Source of the DNA: a virus
Taxonomy: Duplodnaviria; Caudoviricetes
DNA: 42,060 nt
IMG/VR virus record: IMGVR_UViG_3300012940_001458
Coordinates: 1 to 42,060 of that record
Direction: 5' to 3' (one strand)
The notes beneath the pieces were generated by a model that worked only from the letters and a program-made list of their open reading frames with translations, searched no databases and was not told the origin of the DNA. Both the position numbers and the translations under genes were made by a program. Each line of letters starts with the position of its first letter. Position 1 is the stretch's first letter. Shown piece after piece: positions 17,494-26,073 of the stretch.

Positions 17494-18483
17494 TCAGTCC
17501 CAATCGACGGCTAGAGCGTCTTCGAGACTGCCGGACTGCCTGAGTTTCTTCATCGCTTCACGATTGCGCTGACGATTTGCTGCATTAGCGCTCTGCTGCC
17601 GCTTGTTCGGCGCCACAGGAGGGGCATTCACCACCTTCTGCTTGGCCTTGGCTTTGGCAGCTTCCGCCTGCATGCCGAGACGCGCGTAATGCGCCAGCTT
17701 GAACAGGCGGTGATCAACGGCGGAGGCGATTTCGTCGTCGGAATAGCCAAGTTCCCGCGCCGTCTGTGCGGCGGCATCGAAGAACTTCTTGTGGCCTTCC
17801 TGCGTCTTGGTCTGCGGGAATGCTTCGTTGAGCTTGGCAGTTTCGGCCTTGATCAGGTCCGCGTGCTGCTGCTCAGTCAGCTTGTTCGTCGCATCCTTTG
17901 GCGCCTGCGCCATTTTCAGCACTTCCGCGATGCCGGCCATAGCCTGATCGTGGAGAGCTTTTTTGCGGACATACTCACCGGGATACGTCACCGCGAGTTG
18001 CGGATCGGGAGCCGGCGGCAGGGTTTTCGTCAGGTGTTCAGCGATGGCGTTGACCGAGTTGGTCACGCTGGTTGCAAGGGCCTCAAGATCGCGCCGCTGG
18101 GCAGCGGTTTCCTGCGTCTTTCGGCTGTAATCCGCCTGCCGCATGTAGCCCGACTTAAGTTCGCTCAGCGCGACCTTTTCGCCGGACGGCAATGCGACCG
18201 TCACGTCATCCTTGGGCTCGGCTTCGCCCGCCTCATCGGCGGTTTCGGCCTCGTCCTCGTCAACGGTGGCGTCTTCGTCAGCGGATTCCTCTGTCTCTTG
18301 GCCGCTTTCTTCATCTTCGGCCTCAACAGGCTCATCGTTCGACTGCTGTTCCTGCTCGACTTCTTCGTTGTCCTCGGAAGGGTCGTAGAAGTCGAGATTT
18401 GCAGCGTCATCGAGGCTGATTGAGGGTTGCGAAAGAGCACTCTCGCCCGCGTCAGCGGGAGAGTTGGTGTTTTCTGTGGTCAT
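17494..18483 (-). CDS. Scaffolding protein
   Basis: Acidic N-terminus, V.LSEL..GYMRQADYSRKTQE motif, directly before the capsid gene. Confidence 0.85.
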   Translation of the reverse strand: MTTENTNSPADAGESALSQPSISLDDAANLDFYDPSEDNEEVEQEQQSNDEPVEAEDEESGQETEESADEDATVDEDEAETADEAGEAEPKDDVTVALPSGEKVALSELKSGYMRQADYSRKTQETAAQRRDLEALATSVTNSVNAIAEHLTKTLPPAPDPQLAVTYPGEYVRKKALHDQAMAGIAEVLKMAQAPKDATNKLTEQQHADLIKAETAKLNEAFPQTKTQEGHKKFFDAAAQTARELGYSDDEIASAVDHRLFKLAHYARLGMQAEAAKAKAKQKVVNAPPVAPNKRQQSANAANRQRNREAMKKLRQSGSLEDALAVDWD

Positions 18484-18511
18484 GGTTCCTCTAGGAGGTT
18501 ATGCGCCGGCC

Positions 18512-18751
18512 CTATGCAGGCGCTTTTCGGCCCACGTCGAGGTGCCCATCGCTGGCGATGGATTCGAGCTGTGAGCGAAGCTTGCGAACGACAGAGGCCT
18601 CCAGCGCTTTGTGCTGCCGGGCTTCGTGGTCGTTGTACTTGGCGTTGAGGCAGCCGGTGATTGCCGACTGCTCGATTTCGTTCATCAGGTCCAGAAAGAA
18701 CGGGATTTCGAGGACCGTTTGCGCGGCGCGCTTGCGTTCGTCAGGAGTCAT
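18512..18751 (-). CDS. Small conserved protein between portal and scaffold
   Basis: MTPDERKRAAQTVLE..., helical, 79 aa. Confidence 0.7.
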   Translation of the reverse strand: MTPDERKRAAQTVLEIPFFLDLMNEIEQSAITGCLNAKYNDHEARQHKALEASVVRKLRSQLESIASDGHLDVGRKAPA

Positions 18752-18947
18752 GACGCCCACCGTCCCTTCTGATTTCCCAATCTACTCGCTCATCTGCCGG
18801 CGCATCTTTCGACGGCAGGGAGAATTTGACCGTATCGCCTGCCCGCTCGTAACCAATGGACTTCGCCCATTCGTTGAAGCGCGCATAAATTTCCTCAGAT
18901 GAGTTGGCCTGCCCAATGATCTCGCGTACCGGAGGAAAGCCCGTCAT
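18741..18947 (-). CDS. Hypothetical protein (68 aa)
   Basis: ATGA overlap with the portal stop. Confidence 0.55.
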   Translation of the reverse strand: MTGFPPVREIIGQANSSEEIYARFNEWAKSIGYERAGDTVKFSLPSKDAPADERVDWEIRRDGGRHDS

Positions 18948-21190
18948 TTATCCGCCCTATCGTTCTTCTCCAGCGCCTTACCGACGCTACGGGCCTGTTC
19001 ACGCTGAATAGCGGCCTGATTGGCCTCACGCGCCTGCTGCTGACGGGCGGCAAGGTCTTCGCGGTGCATCGTGTATTCCAGCGCCATGCCCTCGCGCTCA
19101 AGCTGCCTATCGGCTTCCTCGCTGATGGCTCTGGCCTGAATTTCCTGCTGGTCGATTGCGGCTTCCCGCTCCAGTTCGGCCATATTGGTCGCCAAATCGG
19201 CGTCCCGCTGCTCGCGCTCGCGGTTTGCATCCACCTGCGCCTTGAGCTGCGCCTCGTCACGCTTGGCCTGCGCCTGTACCTGCGTCTTGACCACCTCGCG
19301 CTGCGTGCGCTTGTCTTCGACCTGCAATGCCGTCTGAGCCTTGATCTGTTCTGGGCTAGGCTGGCTCGCCTGCGCCTGAATAGCCTGCTGGATGGCCTTC
19401 GGATCGGGCTGTGTGAAGTAGAGCCCAACAGACTTGAGCCCCGCCGCTTCAACCAGCTTGGCGACGGAATTGTAGATGTTCTCCGGCGTCACATACTGCA
19501 TGCCAACAGCCGGACCCATCTGCGTCAGAATTTGAGCCTGCAAGCCAATGACCTGCTGCATCATCATCATGTCGCGCTCGCGCGTGCCGGCGCCAAGGCC
19601 GATGTTTACGACCGCATCCATGTCCGCGTTCCAGGCGCGCGGATCGAACGTCACCCACTCATCCCTGAGCCGAACCGTGCGGGGCTTGTCCTGATGATCG
19701 ATGATCAGCTTGAGAAGGCCACGGAAGACGGGTTTCAAGCTCTCCGCAATGCAGCGGACCATCATCTCGGTCTGCCCGATGCCGGCCTGTTCAATCATGG
19801 CCGAAGCCTTGGCGGTCATGTTCTGCAACGCATCAGGGGCAAGCCCGCTGGATGCATCGGAAATGCCGGTCCTGTCCGTTATCTCTCCATCCATGTATTC
19901 GAGCATGGCGAAGGATTTATCGGCCACCATCGGCACGATGTTGTAGCCCACGGCCTCACGAACGTCCGTCCCCTCAGGAACGCGGATCGGCTTGCCGAAT
20001 GAAGGCCGCAAAACCGCGTCGGGGTTGGAAACCTTGCCCTCTTGCACAATCGGCTGGAGGTTGTTCTGCCAGTAGAGGTTGTCCATGGTCTGCCGCAACA
20101 GCACGGTCTTGACCTTCTGGACTTCCATCACCTCGTCAGTGACGGAATTGCCCTCCCATTGGTGCGGGCGGCGCTCGGAAATGATGTTGGCGTAGTTCGG
20201 CTCGTCCCATTCGGTGTTTTCGAGCATGTATTCGGCCTTGAAGCCGCCCGCGAACACCATCCGGCGAAGCTCGGAAACCCCGTCCCCGTCATAATCGATG
20301 CGAACCAGCAGGTCGTAGTAATCGATCTCCTGCGAGGCCTTGACCGTATCGTCTGCCGTCTGTTGCTCAAGCACGTTGCGACGGCGCGTGTCTTCCTCGC
20401 TGTCCTGTTCCGTGCTGTTTGAGCGGGCCTCGGGCAAGCTATCGACCAGATCCCGGTCATAGCCCATCTTGACCAGATCGGAGCGGCGCAACAGGATGTT
20501 TTCGCCAAGGACAACGGCGTCCTCAAAGCATGTCGCCTCGGAATCGATCAGGAAATTCTCCGGCGCAATCACGCCGATGCGCGGCAACCGGCGAACATAG
20601 GTGCGCTTGATCTTGCAGTCATGGACAGGGACAGTCACAACACCCTGCTTGGTCTCAATCTGCTCCTGGCGCTCGGTATGTTCGAGGACTTCAACCTCGT
20701 CATCGGCAACGAGCTGCGAAAAGGCCATGTCGTCCAGCCCGGAATGGCGGGAGAACTGCACCTCAGTGCATTCGTCGTACCACCACTTCATGATGCCGTT
20801 GCGCAGCCGCACCGCGTCATTGATGGCATCCTCGATATGCTGACGCCCGTTGCACTCCGGCAGCGCGATGTAGTTCACATAGTCGCCGGCCTGCTTGGCG
20901 CCTTCCTCGTCGCCCTCACCGATGGGCGTATATTCAACAACCTCGTCATTGCCGAGAATGGTGCGGAGAACGGACGGCAGCACCTTGCGGACGGCGGCGC
21001 GAACGTCACGGCTGACAACGCGGGAGCGATCATCATCGGCGGGGATATACTTCTGCAGCTTGTCGCTATCGCCGTCGAAAAAGACCATCATCTTTTCGCG
21101 GTCGGACGAGCGGTCGTTGCGGTATTCCTCCGCATCCTTGACCATCGCTTCGACAGTGGCGCAAAGCTGGTCTTCCTTCATTTCAGCCAT
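18944..21190 (-). CDS. Portal protein (P22-like, long coiled-coil C-terminus)
   Basis: About 748 aa after terL; TAATG overlap; Gln/Ala/Glu-rich barrel C-terminus. Confidence 0.92.
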   Translation of the reverse strand: MAEMKEDQLCATVEAMVKDAEEYRNDRSSDREKMMVFFDGDSDKLQKYIPADDDRSRVVSRDVRAAVRKVLPSVLRTILGNDEVVEYTPIGEGDEEGAKQAGDYVNYIALPECNGRQHIEDAINDAVRLRNGIMKWWYDECTEVQFSRHSGLDDMAFSQLVADDEVEVLEHTERQEQIETKQGVVTVPVHDCKIKRTYVRRLPRIGVIAPENFLIDSEATCFEDAVVLGENILLRRSDLVKMGYDRDLVDSLPEARSNSTEQDSEEDTRRRNVLEQQTADDTVKASQEIDYYDLLVRIDYDGDGVSELRRMVFAGGFKAEYMLENTEWDEPNYANIISERRPHQWEGNSVTDEVMEVQKVKTVLLRQTMDNLYWQNNLQPIVQEGKVSNPDAVLRPSFGKPIRVPEGTDVREAVGYNIVPMVADKSFAMLEYMDGEITDRTGISDASSGLAPDALQNMTAKASAMIEQAGIGQTEMMVRCIAESLKPVFRGLLKLIIDHQDKPRTVRLRDEWVTFDPRAWNADMDAVVNIGLGAGTRERDMMMMQQVIGLQAQILTQMGPAVGMQYVTPENIYNSVAKLVEAAGLKSVGLYFTQPDPKAIQQAIQAQASQPSPEQIKAQTALQVEDKRTQREVVKTQVQAQAKRDEAQLKAQVDANREREQRDADLATNMAELEREAAIDQQEIQARAISEEADRQLEREGMALEYTMHREDLAARQQQAREANQAAIQREQARSVGKALEKNDRADK

Positions 21191-22491
21191 TACACCACCT
21201 TCCGAGACTGGAAGTTCCAATCGTCGTTCTGAGCCTTGGGCGCTTCATAGGCCACGCACATGAGGCCGAATGCATCAGCGCTATGACTGGACCAGTCATG
21301 TTCGGGCCCAAGCCCAATATCGCGCTCGTCGTCTTTTTTCTCGTGATACCAACCAAGGGCATCGCGCCCGCCTTCCGTGGTATCAGCATTGAACCAGATA
21401 GACGGAAACAGCCGCCGCGCGGCTTCCACGCGCATCTTGGCAGCGCCCTTCCCCTGGTTGGGCACAACCGTGACCTTGTATCCGGCCTGTCGAAAGAAGC
21501 CCTCGTAGGAGGCCGAAAACACCTTATCGCCCTGCTCGCCATCGTGCGGCAGCCAGATTTGGCAATTGCCGGTCTCGTAGCCGTTGGAGCGCAGCCAGTT
21601 GAGGTGCGTTGCCCCGTCCTGCCCCTGCGCCTCGTAATGGTCCAAGACACGAATTTCCTTGCCGATGAACTGGGCAATCCAGATAACGAAATTGTCGGCC
21701 CGAGCGCCTGTGCCGCCAATGTCAACGAAGGCCCGAAGCGTCATTAGCGGATCGCGGGCCACTCGCCCTATACGGCCCTGCTCTTTGGCCTCGGCAAGCG
21801 AACGGGCGAAGTACGCCCCCTCAACCGCCGTAACGTAATCGCCTTCCCAGATGTGTGCGTACTGGTCGGGCCGCTGCTGCATGTCGCGCTGCCGCTGCCG
21901 CTCAAGTATGGCCGGGAAGCGCGGATTATCGCGGAAGTTCAACTCCACGATCTTGTATCGCGGGTCTTCGCTATCTCTGAACCGCTTGTTCGTCGCGCTC
22001 TTTTTGCGCTCCGGGTTCCACGTTACCCAAAGCTCGCTATCTTCCTCGCGCAGCGTCGGGATCAGCTTCGTCCACGCCTCGTCAGTGACAGGCTCGGCTT
22101 CGTCCACCCATGCCAGCAGGATACGGGCCTGCGACTTGACGCTGTTGATGTTCCGGTCAAGGCCGATGAAGGTGTAATAGACCTCACCGGGCAGGCCGTT
22201 TGTCCTGATGTACGTTTCGCCGATATCGAAGAACGGCCTAAGCCAGTCCGTTTCCAGGATCGCCTGCTTGATTTCCTCCAGCGAGGAATCCGCAAGCGTC
22301 TTCATGAACTGGCGACCGCATAGGATTTGCCCATTGCGCCCCTCAACAGCCCACATATAAGCGCGAACCGCCGTCATCTTGGCAAAGGATCGCGTCTTGC
22401 CCGAACCTCGCCCCCCGTACGCCCCCCTTACGTCTGCCTCACCGGAAAAGACCGGTATTAGCTTTGGGGGGAGCTCAATTTGAGCCGTCAT
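21190..22491 (-). CDS. terL: Terminase large subunit (PBSX-type)
   Basis: YGGRGSGKT Walker A, WVDEAE Walker B, TWNP, C-terminal HDWSSHSADAF nuclease motif. Confidence 0.95.
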   Translation of the reverse strand: MTAQIELPPKLIPVFSGEADVRGAYGGRGSGKTRSFAKMTAVRAYMWAVEGRNGQILCGRQFMKTLADSSLEEIKQAILETDWLRPFFDIGETYIRTNGLPGEVYYTFIGLDRNINSVKSQARILLAWVDEAEPVTDEAWTKLIPTLREEDSELWVTWNPERKKSATNKRFRDSEDPRYKIVELNFRDNPRFPAILERQRQRDMQQRPDQYAHIWEGDYVTAVEGAYFARSLAEAKEQGRIGRVARDPLMTLRAFVDIGGTGARADNFVIWIAQFIGKEIRVLDHYEAQGQDGATHLNWLRSNGYETGNCQIWLPHDGEQGDKVFSASYEGFFRQAGYKVTVVPNQGKGAAKMRVEAARRLFPSIWFNADTTEGGRDALGWYHEKKDDERDIGLGPEHDWSSHSADAFGLMCVAYEAPKAQNDDWNFQSRKVV

Positions 22492-22903
22492 CAGGCATCA
22501 GCGGGACAAGCTCCACCTTGTGGTGGTGCTGGATCGGCTTGTCGGGGTCGCCAACGTGTTGCACCGAAGCGAGCTTGGCATGGACATAGGGCGCGGCGTC
22601 ACTTGCCGCTGCCTGAGCCAATTGTCGGAAACCGGCGGTCTTCTTCACCTGTGCCAAGAGGAATTTGAACTGCTCCTCCGGCGTAGCGTCCTCTGGCACC
22701 TGGCTTGAGAACTCATCAGCCGTCAGGCCTTCAAGAGTGGCCTCCGCATCAAGCGCCACCTTTTGGAAATGGCGCATGTTGTCGAGCATAACATCGAGAG
22801 GTGTCTGTCCGGTCTTGTGCGCCTTCTCCGCAACCTCGCGAGTGCGCCTTGTCACCGCGCCGGCCGGACGGCCAGCACCGTCACGTTTACCGCCACGGGC
22901 CAT
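22475..22903 (-). CDS. terS: Terminase small subunit
   Basis: MARGGKRDGAGRPAG start, TPLDVM, AAPYVHAKL; directly upstream of terL. Confidence 0.85.
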   Translation of the reverse strand: MARGGKRDGAGRPAGAVTRRTREVAEKAHKTGQTPLDVMLDNMRHFQKVALDAEATLEGLTADEFSSQVPEDATPEEQFKFLLAQVKKTAGFRQLAQAAASDAAPYVHAKLASVQHVGDPDKPIQHHHKVELVPLMPDDGSN

Positions 22904-22932
22904 GTTTGATTTCCTTTGATTTAATTCAAAGA

Positions 22933-23361
22933 TCAGGCTGCCGCGACAACCAGTGTGAAAGTATCGAGCTGCGACACTTCGCTGTCGGCGTCCGTGACCT
23001 TGACCGACAGATTGGCGAATGTGCCGGCCTCGGTCGGAGTACCTGATACAGCACCCGTGCTGCTGTTGATGCTTATGCCAGCAGGCCACGTACCAACCAA
23101 TGCATAGGTGTACGGCGTGGCGCCGCCCTTCGCGGTGGCCGTGAATCCGGTATAGGCGCTGTTCTGCGTTGCGGTGAGAACAGGCGTCCCGCTGATCTGC
23201 GGGCCAACGATACCGCCACCCATGCGGGCCAGGTCAGCCGGGAAGCTCGGGCCGCTGCCCTTGAGCATGTCCTGCGTCATTGAGCCTTCGACATCGCCGC
23301 CCATACGGGCGAGATCGCCAATGAAAGAGGGGCCAGAGCCCTTGAGAGCGTTGTTGTCCAT
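22933..23361 (-). CDS. Putative Ig-domain (He_PIG-like) protein with duplicated N-terminal motif
   Basis: [38 protein letters not shown]; two [17 protein letters not shown] repeats; CAGGAG RBS. Confidence 0.85.
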   Translation of the reverse strand: MDNNALKGSGPSFIGDLARMGGDVEGSMTQDMLKGSGPSFPADLARMGGGIVGPQISGTPVLTATQNSAYTGFTATAKGGATPYTYALVGTWPAGISINSSTGAVSGTPTEAGTFANLSVKVTDADSEVSQLDTFTLVVAAA

Positions 23362-23439
23362 GTCAGGACTCCTGAGGTTGAATTGAGAATGAAATGCTCT
23401 CCCGTCGAAACGGGGTTGGCATTTCGCGATATGGATTTT

Positions 23440-23658
23440 CTAATGAACCGCGAGCGAGCTTTGCCCGTATGCCCGCTGGACGAATACATGCAGCATTGCC
23501 TCGTGAGCCGCCGCCCGCTCGCCTGCACCATTGACCAACTCGGCAAGCCGATCCAGGTCCCAAGCGGACAGCCAAATGCCCTTGCCGGTTGCTGATGCTT
23601 TGTTGATCTTGCGAACCAGCCGAGCAATCTCCCGCTGGCGCTTGTCGAGATCAGCCAT
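23440..23658 (-). CDS. Hypothetical protein (72 aa)
   Basis: GAGG RBS, compact helical ORF. Confidence 0.55.
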   Translation of the reverse strand: MADLDKRQREIARLVRKINKASATGKGIWLSAWDLDRLAELVNGAGERAAAHEAMLHVFVQRAYGQSSLAVH

Positions 23659-23677
23659 TGCTCACTGCCTCTATGGG

Positions 23678-24019
23678 TTAGGAGGCGGGGAGGCCGGGGA
23701 TGACGAACGGGTGCCATTCACCATTTACACGCATGACCATGCCGTCGCGGTAGTAGGCGATGAAGCCGTCCGGGAGGTCCAGAACATGACCACCAAGCCC
23801 ATGCGTATAAGTGTGCTGGTGTCCCGGGTCCATGTAGCCACAAACCGAATGCGAATGCGCCGACAGCGAGTGAGTGTGCGCCCCTGGTGTTACTGGCGAG
23901 GCGGCGATTGGAGCGGTGGATTCGGCCTGCACAATGGTCGAAGCCTTTGCGGCAAGCGGGGCAACGGCAGCCGAGGCAACACCAAGACCGAGCATTTTGA
24001 AAAGCGAGCGGCGGTTCAT
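23678..24019 (-). CDS. Tat-signal-bearing His-rich protein (113 aa)
   Basis: GGAGAG RBS; MNRRSLFK-hydrophobic-AKA signal; HTHSLSAHSH..DPGHQH. Confidence 0.7.
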   Translation of the reverse strand: MNRRSLFKMLGLGVASAAVAPLAAKASTIVQAESTAPIAASPVTPGAHTHSLSAHSHSVCGYMDPGHQHTYTHGLGGHVLDLPDGFIAYYRDGMVMRVNGEWHPFVIPGLPAS

Positions 24020-24033
24020 GTCTCTCTCCGATG

Positions 24034-24068
24034 AAATGGAAAAGGGCCAGCCGGTTAATGGCTGACCC
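24034..24068 (-). terminator. Terminator at the end of the late leader
   Basis: Minus strand GGGTCAGCC-N7-GGCTGGCCC-TTTTCCATTT. Confidence 0.7.
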
Positions 24069-24078
24069 TGTTGTTGGG

Positions 24079-24487
24079 AATGACCCTCGGTAATTTCGAG
24101 GGTCATTATCGGTCGAAGCGGTCCGGCCCGAAAAACAACCGGAGGACGAGCCCTGTACGTGACCACAGGCTGCGTCTTATGTCACCTCAGCGCGATTGCC
24201 GCCGCTTCGATATCGTGCCCTTGTGGGGCGAAAGATGAGGCGGGCGGGCCAGCGCTGCCAGATGCTCAGGAGCACCAAAGGGTGGCAGGTAATGGATGCC
24301 GCCAACCGCCTCAACTGTGTCATCGCTATAGAGCGATGGAAAGTGGTGGAGAAAGCCCGCGACAGGACTGGAACTCCTGCGCGGGCCTCCTTGGGTCACT
24401 TGGCGTGTGAACGGCTCCCAAAGTACCCCTCACGCCTCGTGAATCAAAAGAGCTCGGTTGCCCGAGCCCTTATCGGCGCAAAGCGCC
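24079..24487 (-). ncRNA. Structured late-operon leader / candidate ncRNA
   Basis: At least six hairpins and no convincing ORF. Confidence 0.4.
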
Positions 24488-24498
24488 TAAGTTGATTT

Positions 24499-24527
24499 AT
24501 TGGACACTGATTTGCCCCATACGTCAA
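24499..24527 (-). promoter_or_regulatory. Candidate late promoter (pR'-like)
   Basis: TTGACG-17-TCCAAT overlapping the stop codon of the late regulator. Confidence 0.5.
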
Positions 24528-25108
24528 GCGGCTTCCGCATTCGTCAACCGATAATGCCGCGCCAGCGCGTTGAGCGCTTCCCGTAGAGAGCCGACGAGGT
24601 GATGAAACTCCATGTCGCGGATGACGAGGTAGTCGAGAGCCGCAATAAGCACCCCTGCCCCGCGTAGCTCGTTCTGCCGCTCCTGCACCGCTGCCTGCGC
24701 CGCACGCCACCGGCTTGTGGCCTCCCGATAGAACCGCACGTTCTCATAGTCGCCGCTGCCGCCCTTGGTGGCGTTGAGGTCGATTGCTCCCGGCTGGCGC
24801 GGGGCCTGAATGGCTCGGAGATTGTTGTGGTAATCTTCGAGATAGGACATGGCCGCGTCGTATTGCTGACGCGTCATTTCCTTGCCGAGCGTGAGCCTGC
24901 CGACGAACGATCCAGCCATCTGGTCGCGAAGCATCTTCATGGGGACGGCATGCACCCGCTGGCGAGCCTCTAGGCCAGTCGATAGCGCGTCACGCTCAAC
25001 AGCATCCAGCCCGTCCCATTCGCGCTTGGCGACTTCGCCAGCCTTGCGGGACAGCCTGCCGTTCGGCTCACGAAGGCCAGATTTGCGCTTGTGCGATTTC
25101 CTGCTCAT
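24524..25108 (-). CDS. Late-gene regulator / antiterminator at the Q position, DUF6456 (GafZ/GafA C-terminal)-like
   Basis: GRL....T.QQYDAA..Y..DY, then RW.AA..A, ending LREALNALARHY; last early gene before the late leader. Confidence 0.6.
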   Translation of the reverse strand: MSRKSHKRKSGLREPNGRLSRKAGEVAKREWDGLDAVERDALSTGLEARQRVHAVPMKMLRDQMAGSFVGRLTLGKEMTRQQYDAAMSYLEDYHNNLRAIQAPRQPGAIDLNATKGGSGDYENVRFYREATSRWRAAQAAVQERQNELRGAGVLIAALDYLVIRDMEFHHLVGSLREALNALARHYRLTNAEAA

Positions 25109-25129
25109 GCTTGCCTCTTGGTATTGGGG

Positions 25130-25372
25130 TTAGGGAGTGGCGATGGCGGCATCGATCATGGCGCGCCATGCCGCATATGTGCCGCGCTCCTGCCAGTCGG
25201 CAGCGAATACCATCTGTTCGGTTGGCTCCCGCATCGCCTGGATAGCGGAGCGCGCAACGGCGATGAAATGATCCCGGTCCTTCTCCCGAAGTTCCGGCCA
25301 TGGGGTGAGGTAGATATCCCGATCCGGCCCCTCGTAAATCGCTTGCGCAACGCGCTCCACCATCTCGCTCAC
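25130..25372 (-). CDS. Conserved small phage protein
   Basis: MVERVAQAI...ARSAIQAMREPTEQM...WRAMIDAA; GTGA overlap. Confidence 0.75.
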   Translation of the reverse strand: MSEMVERVAQAIYEGPDRDIYLTPWPELREKDRDHFIAVARSAIQAMREPTEQMVFAADWQERGTYAAWRAMIDAAIATP

Positions 25373-25545
25373 CGCTCGTTCTCCTTGCATCCTGGCTCAC
25401 CATCCTTCCATATGCAGCCGATGGTGGTTTTGCTGCCTTCGGTCTTGATCGCGTGGCCGTAGCCGAGGCATTGGTCACACAGGTAGATTTGCTTCATGAT
25501 CGGCTGCCCGTCCTTCTCGCCTGTCTGTTGCTCGATAATGGGCAT
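25369..25545 (-). CDS. 58-aa Cys-rich protein (not in ORF track)
   Basis: MPIIEQQTGEKDGQPIMKQIYLCDQCLGYGHAIK...GCIW..GEPGCKENER*; coupled at both ends. Confidence 0.55.
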   Translation of the reverse strand: MPIIEQQTGEKDGQPIMKQIYLCDQCLGYGHAIKTEGSKTTIGCIWKDGEPGCKENER

Positions 25546-26073
25546 TTAGGCGGCGTCCACCTCGCCGTCATGGTCGCCAACATCGAAGCCAAGGCGTTGA
25601 AGCGTGGCGCCGGACGAAGGATCGGGCGCGAACCGCTCATCGTGGCGCTTCTGCATATCGGCCTTGCGTTTGGCTGCCGCTGCGTCTTCGGTGCGGTGAT
25701 CATCCGCTAGCTTGCTGATCAGTTGGGCAACCTGCGCTTTGACGCGGGCACGGCTCTCCGGTGATTTCTCGATATCGGGCGGCGGCAATTGCGGCCGGCG
25801 CATGCGCTCGCGGTGGGTGGATTCCATCCGCAGTCCCAACTGCCGCCGGCATTCGCCTCCAAGCTCTGCCGAGGTCGGCATGAAACCGCGATGGACACCA
25901 GGGACATTGCCGGCGATGAAGGCGTTTACGGCCGCCGTCACGTCCTCCAGTTCCCACACCTCAACTGCCAGCAGGTAGTTGCGCAGCGCCTGTTCTGGAT
26001 CGTCCGCGTTACCCGCCGTGCGAAAGGCGGAGATAAGCCTGTCTATCTGGTCCAATTTCTGCGGAGCGCTCAC
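25546..26073 (-). CDS. Replication accessory protein (lambda P-like position, helicase loader candidate)
   Basis: Follows the initiator; FMPTSAEL motif. Confidence 0.65.
   Translation of the reverse strand: MSAPQKLDQIDRLISAFRTAGNADDPEQALRNYLLAVEVWELEDVTAAVNAFIAGNVPGVHRGFMPTSAELGGECRRQLGLRMESTHRERMRRPQLPPPDIEKSPESRARVKAQVAQLISKLADDHRTEDAAAAKRKADMQKRHDERFAPDPSSGATLQRLGFDVGDHDGEVDAA

Noticed and set aside
15358-20002. Long plus-strand ORFs (373, 341, 244, 312 aa)
   Set aside because: Shadows of well-supported capsid, scaffold and portal genes
24100-24490. Possible tRNA genes in the late leader
   Set aside because: No cloverleaf with a T-loop (GTTCGA) and acceptor stem found by eye; a tRNAscan-SE run would settle it
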